DNA of 64,000 bases from a virus (lineage: Duplodnaviria; Caudoviricetes): positions 26,033 through 90,032 of IMG/VR virus record IMGVR_UViG_3300015244_001400. One strand, 5' to 3'. The position numbers and the translations under genes are program-made. This document shows positions 58,138 to 64,000 of this stretch, piece by piece. Below the pieces are notes generated by a model. The model was not told where the DNA came from. It saw only the letters and a program-made list of their open reading frames with translations, and made no database searches. Position 1 is the stretch's first letter. Each line of letters begins with the position of its first letter.

Positions 58138-58446
58138 TTAGTCGTTTTCTGTAGCTATAATGTCATCACAGTAAACAATAGTATGGGCTATAAGCTTAAG
58201 AACTTCCCCATTAGGAGCTTTTTCTACACTTATAGTCTTATGACCACTAAAATTTACATGTTCACTAAAGACAGGAATATCTCCTACTCTTACATAACCT
58301 TCTCCTGTTGGACATTCATTTCCTAACTGAAGAACTTTAAAGGTAATTATTAAATCAGACCCTTTATTCTTTTCAGTAAGGATAATTTTTGTCTCTTTTT
58401 TAGTACTAGTTTGTTCTACAAGTACTCTGTTTCCAATGATTCTCAT
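58138..58446 (-). CDS. groES: GroES/Cpn10-like co-chaperonin
   Basis: IGNRVLV, mobile-loop IIL, KVLQLG, VRVGD and DDIIA match the Cpn10 pattern. Confidence 0.75.
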   Translation of the reverse strand: MRIIGNRVLVEQTSTKKETKIILTEKNKGSDLIITFKVLQLGNECPTGEGYVRVGDIPVFSEHVNFSGHKTISVEKAPNGEVLKLIAHTIVYCDDIIATEND

Positions 58447-58467
58447 TTTTTTAAATTTAATTATTTA

Positions 58468-58475
58468 CAAATATA
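58468..58475 (-). promoter_or_regulatory. -7 element TATATTTG before groES
   Basis: TAnnTTTG on the - strand in a short intergenic gap. Confidence 0.5.
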
Positions 58476-58491
58476 AAGATTTTTCTTTACT

Positions 58492-59337
58492 TTAAAAAAT
58501 ATATCTAATATTTTCAATAGGAAAATATTTTACATACAAAGCCACAAATTGATTAATCAAGCCTTGTTTAAAGTGTCTTTCATACCTAATATTGTCAGCT
58601 GCATACTCAGAGTCTTTAGACTCTTGAATACTAGGCTGCCACAGATAATAATTGACATCTCCCCCATTTCTTGAAAATTGATTTACATTGTAAGTCATAA
58701 AAATACATTCTGACTTAAAATCAAGTCCTTGAAGTTGTTGAAATAACTCTTCATAGTCTTCTAGCCAAGTAGGGTAGTAAACTATAGGACTAAAATTTAT
58801 GTGCACCTCCATTTTTGTTTGGAGTACAGGTATCATAGCAATTCTATCAGCTATACTGTCAGTATTGGGTTCTAAGATACTTGAGATCATTTGAGGCATA
58901 AGGCTTACCCTTATCCTGTGTTTACCTGGAGCTAAGTTATACTCATCTACCTTAAATCTAGTAGGGTATTTAGTAGCAAAAGTTGATTTTACTTTGTATT
59001 GGGTATTAAAGAAATCAAATACCTGTTGCCAATTGTAATGCTTACTGTGTAAAGCAACATCAGTACTGCATCCTATATCAACACAATAGTAAGTATCATC
59101 TACTTGATTGGGCTCTTTGGGCCAAGGTTTAGTATCAACCCAAGCATAGATAGAAGCTAAAATTTGCTCTGTATTCTCATTGATATATACTTTATCATGA
59201 TTATACCTACCTACATAACAATAGGACTTCATACAGCCTCCTAGACAGCCATAGATAAAATTAGGAGCAATAGCATCACTGCTCCTACTATTATCTCTGG
59301 TTTTAAGGGTCTTAGTCTTTTGCTTCTTTATCTCCAT
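58492..59337 (-). CDS. splB: Spore photoproduct lyase-like radical SAM protein
   Basis: GCLGGCMKSYCY cluster motif, PNQ, FATK, RIRVSLMP, EVHINFSP, LWQPSIQE and terminal IRYIF match the SPL family. Confidence 0.85.
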   Translation of the reverse strand: MEIKKQKTKTLKTRDNSRSSDAIAPNFIYGCLGGCMKSYCYVGRYNHDKVYINENTEQILASIYAWVDTKPWPKEPNQVDDTYYCVDIGCSTDVALHSKHYNWQQVFDFFNTQYKVKSTFATKYPTRFKVDEYNLAPGKHRIRVSLMPQMISSILEPNTDSIADRIAMIPVLQTKMEVHINFSPIVYYPTWLEDYEELFQQLQGLDFKSECIFMTYNVNQFSRNGGDVNYYLWQPSIQESKDSEYAADNIRYERHFKQGLINQFVALYVKYFPIENIRYIF

Positions 59338-59554
59338 AAGGTAAATATAAAGCTACAATCTGTTGTCTAGCTTTTTGTTTATCAAAAGGACAAATAACAG
59401 ATGCTTCAAATTCTACTATAATGTCAGGTTTAATACTGTTTCCAGACCATTCCTCTATTAGAGTAAAATCATAACTGTTGTTACCATATTCATACACACC
59501 TTTATAAAAAGTGTGTTTTGCAAAAGGTGTTCTTTTAAGGTTTACTTGTGTCAT
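59312..59554 (-). CDS. Hypothetical protein
   Basis: 80 aa, overlapping its neighbours in operon fashion. Confidence 0.55.
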   Translation of the reverse strand: MTQVNLKRTPFAKHTFYKGVYEYGNNSYDFTLIEEWSGNSIKPDIIVEFEASVICPFDKQKARQQIVALYLPYGDKEAKD

Positions 59555-59754
59555 AATAATGATTTCTTTTTAGGTACTAAATTCAATTCTCTACTTCTTT
59601 CATCCCACTTAGATAAGATTTCTTGTATTTTATGCCTTATAAAAGCAATTTCATCTTCCTCATCTAAGGTTAACCCTTCTCTAGGAAAGTTAGAGCCCAT
59701 TAGCCTATATTTAGACCAATTTCTTTTTTTGGCTAATCTAGCTAACTCACTCAT
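59551..59754 (-). CDS. Hypothetical protein
   Basis: 67 aa with overlapping start/stop codons. Confidence 0.55.
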   Translation of the reverse strand: MSELARLAKKRNWSKYRLMGSNFPREGLTLDEEDEIAFIRHKIQEILSKWDERSRELNLVPKKKSLL

Positions 59755-59944
59755 CTATACCTACTAATTGAAGAATACTTGACTTACAAAGTTCTATTTC
59801 ATGGGTTTGAGAACCTCCTTCTTCTATCTCATCTTGACATAGAGAAATAAAGTCCCAAATTTCCCACTTATGCTTAGGGTGATCTTTAGCAATTCCTTTA
59901 GCCCATTGAACTAATTGGTCTATACTAGTCATCTTCTTCAGCAC
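59747..59944 (-). CDS. Hypothetical protein
   Basis: 65 aa, packed in the operon. Confidence 0.55.
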   Translation of the reverse strand: MLKKMTSIDQLVQWAKGIAKDHPKHKWEIWDFISLCQDEIEEGGSQTHEIELCKSSILQLVGIDE

Positions 59945-60158
59945 TTATAACATTAAACATACCTGTGATTTCAATATCAGCAGTCTCATGTTTATAGAAT
60001 TCTCCAAAGTCAGTATCATCAAGACCTCTGTCAATAGCCATTCTATCTTGTCTAGTTAGTTCATGACCAGGAATTTGCTTTCTAGTCTTAAGATTCTTGT
60101 CATACTCATTGAAAAAACAATCAACAGTAAGGTTTCCAATTTTAATTTTTTGATTCAT
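59925..60158 (-). CDS. Hypothetical protein
   Basis: 77 aa, packed in the operon. Confidence 0.55.
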   Translation of the reverse strand: MNQKIKIGNLTVDCFFNEYDKNLKTRKQIPGHELTRQDRMAIDRGLDDTDFGEFYKHETADIEITGMFNVISAEEDD

Positions 60159-60328
60159 ATCACTAAAGGTTTTAAATATTCTAATAAGTACTTTGCATAA
60201 GATGTTAAGAGAACTTCTCCATAAAAATTGAATTGTTCTTTGCCTTCTTCTATAGCTTTATCATAGCTATCTTGTAACTCTTGATATTTTTCTTTATCAA
60301 AAGTAGTTTTGATAGTATCATTTGCCAT
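60155..60328 (-). CDS. 57-aa hypothetical protein (not in ORF track)
   Basis: MANDTIKTTFDKEKYQELQDSYDKAIEEGKEQFNFYGEVLLTSYAKYLLEYLKPLVI*; TAATG and ATGA overlaps on either side. Confidence 0.65.
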   Translation of the reverse strand: MANDTIKTTFDKEKYQELQDSYDKAIEEGKEQFNFYGEVLLTSYAKYLLEYLKPLVI

Positions 60329-60933
60329 TACTTAGGTGGAAATAAGTCTGTAATATGAAGGTCTAAAGCTTCTGCAATAGCTTCCAAAGAACTTAGAATA
60401 GGGTTTGTAAGAGCACTTTCAATTTGACTAATACTATTTCCTGAAATTTTGTTGTTAGTCATAATTGCAAGTTGAGCTTGAGAAACTCCTTTAGCTTTTC
60501 TTGTAGCATATATTACACCTCCAACATACTCATTAAGAGAAACTTCTTTCTCTTCAATAACAGTAGTTACTACAGGAGTTTTGATTACATACTTTCTACC
60601 TCTTTTCTCTATTGTAGATTCAACAACAGGAGATTCTGCTGCTACCTCTTCAGTTCTCTCTTTAATAGGAGTACCTTTCCATGTATAGTAGAAAAGAAAA
60701 TAGGTATTCCCTGGTTTAAATTGATCAGGGTGAGGTCCACTTGTTGGCACTGAAGTTGTTAAGTCACTCACACTTAAGATACACTCTTCTCCAGGAAAAT
60801 CTGTACAAGTTACTCTAATAGGGCAATTGTATAATTTTACTGCTGTTTCTACTAATGTATTAGACAATGCTATTCTTCCGTCTCTAGACACTGTACAGTG
60901 TTTTTCTAGAATTTTTATTTTATGTTCTGACAT
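60328..60933 (-). CDS. Protein with C-terminal XRE-family HTH
   Basis: IYATRKAKGVSQAQLA...ISQIESALTNPILSSLEAIAEALD is a canonical HTH_3 pattern. Confidence 0.8.
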   Translation of the reverse strand: MSEHKIKILEKHCTVSRDGRIALSNTLVETAVKLYNCPIRVTCTDFPGEECILSVSDLTTSVPTSGPHPDQFKPGNTYFLFYYTWKGTPIKERTEEVAAESPVVESTIEKRGRKYVIKTPVVTTVIEEKEVSLNEYVGGVIYATRKAKGVSQAQLAIMTNNKISGNSISQIESALTNPILSSLEAIAEALDLHITDLFPPK

Positions 60934-60941
60934 AGTTATAA

Positions 60942-61289
60942 TTATTTATTATTTATTTTTTCCTTGATACTTGCTTCACAAAGAATAAGATAGTTTATCA
61001 AGTCACCTATCTTTTCATCTACAACTTCTTCTTTAGGTAAATTACCTGCTTCTATATCATTAAGAATATCTAAAAAAGATATATAATGTTTTAAAGCAAA
61101 TCCCCAAAGCACTTTTTCTTCAGTACTATTAGAAACTCTTGCACCTACTCTAAAATTATGTAGAGGGTCATTGTTTCTTCTATACTCTTTACCTTTGACA
61201 ACTAGTGTCTGTTGTACTTTTTGTACACGTTGTTGTACAAGAATATCAAATTCTTGTGCAGTCATGAAAGCTTTAGTCTTTCCTCCCAT
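60942..61289 (-). CDS. All-alpha NTP-pyrophosphatase-like / nucleotide-modification-associated (DUF1599-like) protein
   Basis: KGKEY...HNF...KH...EKIGDLINYLIL pattern. Confidence 0.6.
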   Translation of the reverse strand: MGGKTKAFMTAQEFDILVQQRVQKVQQTLVVKGKEYRRNNDPLHNFRVGARVSNSTEEKVLWGFALKHYISFLDILNDIEAGNLPKEEVVDEKIGDLINYLILCEASIKEKINNK

Positions 61290-61302
61290 AATACCAATAA
61301 AT

Positions 61303-61326
61303 TAAAAAAAAACCTTTAGAGAGGTT
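61303..61326 (-). terminator. Weak intrinsic terminator
   Basis: On the - strand AACCT-ctctaa-AGGTT followed by a T-run, overlapping the stop of the 211-aa gene. Confidence 0.4.
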
Positions 61327-61960
61327 AACTCTCCAAAGGTTTCCATGTATTAAAAAATTCTTCCTCCTGATTAGGGGGAAGATCATACTCCCAAGACCCT
61401 TCTAAAAAGTCTTGTTCTTCTAATTGAGTTCCAAATGTTGCTTTAACTAAAGAAATAAATCTTTGTCTAGCATGTATTGTTTTAACTAATACTTGTCTAG
61501 ACTCCATTTTGCTTTCTTCAGCAAAGTAAGTTGAAATCTCTTTTTTAGTGTACATCTTGCTATACTTACCCAATAAGAATTTATCATAGCAATCCCCCAT
61601 TGAAGGAGGATATGCTAGCACAATCATGTGCTTTCTACTATGAGATTCCATTATTGCATCATAGGTATAGTCAGTAACAAAATACTCTTGATGTTTTACC
61701 CAATCCATAAAGTTTTGGAATAATTCAGGTCTCACAAGTTTGTCCACAAGAATAAAAATATTCTTCTGTCCTTCTAAGTGAGAACCTTCTAACAGAGTAT
61801 CATGTATGCCAAAAGCCAACTTAAAGACCAAGTTTAACTTAGTCTTTAAAGTAGGCCCATAGAAGCTGAGACCAGGAACTAAGTATCTAACAGTTCTGTT
61901 AGAGTATAGTTTTCCAACCTCAATTTCCATACCTTTATCTACAACTTTAGATAACACCAT
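61325..61960 (-). CDS. Hypothetical protein
   Basis: 211-aa clean ORF. Confidence 0.6.
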   Translation of the reverse strand: MVLSKVVDKGMEIEVGKLYSNRTVRYLVPGLSFYGPTLKTKLNLVFKLAFGIHDTLLEGSHLEGQKNIFILVDKLVRPELFQNFMDWVKHQEYFVTDYTYDAIMESHSRKHMIVLAYPPSMGDCYDKFLLGKYSKMYTKKEISTYFAEESKMESRQVLVKTIHARQRFISLVKATFGTQLEEQDFLEGSWEYDLPPNQEEEFFNTWKPLES

Positions 61961-63113
61961 CCCAGTTGATTACCAATGGAGTTAAACCAGCTTCTTGGAT
62001 TTGTCTTTCTTCTGTAAAACCATTCTCAGAATGATAAATATAAAGTTCTAACAAATCTTCAAATCCTTGTATACTATATTGTAAGGTAGTGTTTTCTGCT
62101 CCTTCAGTAAATAGGTTAGTATCTACATAAGTAACAGCTTTTCTACCATATCTACCCATGTTTAAGAGAGATTTGTCAACAACAAAGTTTAAAGGTTTTC
62201 CTTGAAATGAAGTAGATTCTACTACAAATTGGAAAGGTTTAACTACATCTGAATCTTCAGGGACTGCAAAATGTTTGTGAAGAGCTAAAGTATACCAAGC
62301 AGCTTGGATATCATATCTTCTTGCTCTTACACTACTAGGAAAATAGAAAGTATTTCCATTCATAGTTTTTAGGTCTACTCCAAGAATAGATAAGATTCTT
62401 CCTTCTTCATTTCTATGAATAACAACCATATCTAACAGTGCTTTACAATTTACTCCTTTATACTCAAAGTAAATAGGAAATTGATAATACACTGTAATAT
62501 CAGGTTGGTCTTCAAAGAAAATTCTATCAAAGAATCCAGCTGTTCTTGGATTAGTCATTAAGGATTCAACAATTCTCATGATGGTTGCATTCTGAGTTTG
62601 ACTTATAATAGTCTTCCCAAAAGCTTGACACATATCCATAAAATACTCAGAACCTTGCTCTGTAATATTCTTTAGTTTAGCATCAGCACCCCATCTAGGT
62701 TGCCATCCTGTTTTTTCACAAGCATCTAAAATGTAAGCTCCCCAATTTGCAAGTTCTCCTACAAACTCATGAAATGGGGTAACAGGTTCAGGGTTATCCT
62801 GGCCTGTAATTACTTCTAAATGCTCAGCATAGTCTTGTAATACATCTTCATGAACTAAATTTAAGATTTCTACTACTGCTTCAGAAGGTAGTTTTTCTAC
62901 TTCTGAAATGTAATATTCCTCATCAAAGGCAGTTCTTGAGTTAGTTAAAATACAATCTACTGCAGAACCTATCATAAAGTGTTCTGCTGAAGAGTCAAAC
63001 TCTTTGTGAAAGGAACCTAAGTCCCCTAATAATAATTTTAATTTGGACTGACCTAAAGCATCAGACCCATAGTACTCTTGTACTTCTTCTTTTGTGGCTA
63101 CAATTACGGACAT
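61947..63113 (-). CDS. PD-(D/E)XK exonuclease (RecE/DUF3799-like)
   Basis: LGQSKLK, GSAVDCILT, CKALLDMVVI, VDLKT and YDIQAAWY motifs. Confidence 0.8.
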   Translation of the reverse strand: MSVIVATKEEVQEYYGSDALGQSKLKLLLGDLGSFHKEFDSSAEHFMIGSAVDCILTNSRTAFDEEYYISEVEKLPSEAVVEILNLVHEDVLQDYAEHLEVITGQDNPEPVTPFHEFVGELANWGAYILDACEKTGWQPRWGADAKLKNITEQGSEYFMDMCQAFGKTIISQTQNATIMRIVESLMTNPRTAGFFDRIFFEDQPDITVYYQFPIYFEYKGVNCKALLDMVVIHRNEEGRILSILGVDLKTMNGNTFYFPSSVRARRYDIQAAWYTLALHKHFAVPEDSDVVKPFQFVVESTSFQGKPLNFVVDKSLLNMGRYGRKAVTYVDTNLFTEGAENTTLQYSIQGFEDLLELYIYHSENGFTEERQIQEAGLTPLVINWDGVI

Positions 63114-63616
63114 GTTACATATTGTTTTAAGATTACTTCACTTTTAAAATGGTCAAGTGTCATACCTACAATAGTTTTAAACTCAGAATCTAAGTCAAAT
63201 TTGAATTCTTTCAATGAAAGAACAGTTAATTCAGGACTTTTTTCTTGAAAAGCTAAAAACTGTATCATAGACATATACACCATCTCCATATCTGGAGTCC
63301 TTCTGGACCCAGGTTTTCCTTGCTTGTAATGAAACAAGATACAAGGTCTATTATGAACATCATCTTCAAGGGGAAACATGCTTGCAATAGAGGTAGCCAT
63401 CATAAATAATTCCTTCCCAGGATTCATATTCTTTTGGATACCTGCCTTAATTTGTAGATTAAAAGGAATATACATCAAGTCTATCTTAGCATTGTCATGC
63501 TTTTTGCTTACAAATCTAGAGGTCTCACAGAAAGTAAAGCCTAATTCTCTAAAGAACTTGGCATAATATCTCTCTGCAGTGCTCCCCTTTCTTTTGTTTG
63601 TTGCTCCAATTCCCAT
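63104..63616 (-). CDS. Holliday junction resolvase-like PD-(D/E)XK nuclease
   Basis: NKRKGSTAER...ELGF...KIDL...LQIK. Confidence 0.7.
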   Translation of the reverse strand: MGIGATNKRKGSTAERYYAKFFRELGFTFCETSRFVSKKHDNAKIDLMYIPFNLQIKAGIQKNMNPGKELFMMATSIASMFPLEDDVHNRPCILFHYKQGKPGSRRTPDMEMVYMSMIQFLAFQEKSPELTVLSLKEFKFDLDSEFKTIVGMTLDHFKSEVILKQYVTCP

Positions 63617-63664
63617 ATAAGATTTTTAAGGATTAATAAATAAAAAACTTAAATACCTTTGGAA

Positions 63665-64000
63665 CTATTCCGTATCATCAACTAACTCTATAACTGATTG
63701 CCATGTGCTACCTGTAGTAGTTATACTAATACCAGTAAAAACTGCAGTAGTATGACTTACAACAATATTTTGATTAGAAAAAGAGTCAGAAGGTAAATAA
63801 ACAGAACCTGTATGGGCAGCTTCTTCATGTCTTTGCATCTCTTCTTCATCTTCATCTTGCTCATCATTCTCCCAATCTTCATTGTACTCTTCATCAGTAT
63901 AATCTTCTTCATCAGAAGACGCTGAGGGAGGATCAAATTGGGCAGCTTCAGCTTCTAACTCAGCCATTTCTATCACTTCTTCTAAAGTAAGTTGTCTGTT
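63665..64000 (-). CDS. C-terminal acidic end of a gene that starts beyond the window
   Basis: Frame is open to position 64000 (NRQLTLEEVIEMAE...); Asp/Glu-rich tract. Confidence 0.55.
   Translation of the reverse strand, partial: NRQLTLEEVIEMAELEAEAAQFDPPSASSDEEDYTDEEYNEDWENDEQDEDEEEMQRHEEAAHTGSVYLPSDSFSNQNIVVSHTTAVFTGISITTTGSTWQSVIELVDDTE

Noticed and set aside
2871-63566. Short alternative-frame and antisense ORFs in the track (e.g. 2871, 4778, 7299, 10815, 14045, 14937, 18377, 37038, 44082, 59513, 60472, 63378)
   Set aside because: They lie inside long, well-supported genes and show shadow composition; 10815 is simply the Val-rich antisense of a Thr tract.
1-64000. Stop-codon reassignment (TAG=Gln or TGA=Trp) as in some crAss-like phages
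   Set aside because: Genes up to 13 kb are intact under the standard code. TAG (12805, 55469) and TGA (22018, 55100, 60155) end genes at normal operon junctions.
1-64000. tRNA genes, CRISPR arrays, integrase, transposase or reverse transcriptase/DGR
   Set aside because: No T-loop (GTTCG) cloverleaf, spaced direct repeats, RT motif or near-identical TR/VR pair was seen by eye; intergenic gaps are short.

Overview
This window is 64 kb of an AT-rich crAss-like (Crassvirales-type) podophage genome; the host is inferred to be Bacteroidota, probably flavobacterial, from TAnnTTTG promoter motifs and Shine-Dalgarno-less starts. It uses the standard genetic code. The + strand (1-54690) is the virion module: terminase C-terminus, portal, scaffold-like protein, major capsid protein, head/ring proteins, tail fibres (one with a Peptidase_S74 chaperone), holin, IHF-like protein, a 1949-aa tail stabilisation/muzzle protein and four cargo proteins. 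One cargo protein is a 4395-aa single-chain virion RNA polymerase (DYDID motif plus a C-terminal HExxH). After a bidirectional terminator, the - strand carries a spanin-like membrane protein, MazG-like pyrophosphatase, ATP-dependent ligase, GroES, a spore-photoproduct-lyase-like radical SAM enzyme, an XRE protein and PD-(D/E)XK nucleases. The best candidate for an undescribed system is a cassette at 9035-12805, lying behind a terminator and its own promoter-like motif: two mucin-like Thr/Ser/Pro-rich proteins, a minimal nucleotidyltransferase and a GT-A glycosyltransferase resembling plant protein O-glycosyltransferases (GT95/GT96). This suggests phage-encoded O-glycosylation of mucin-mimic virion proteins. 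CG dinucleotides are also extremely scarce. All family assignments come from motif recognition by eye; no database searches were run.
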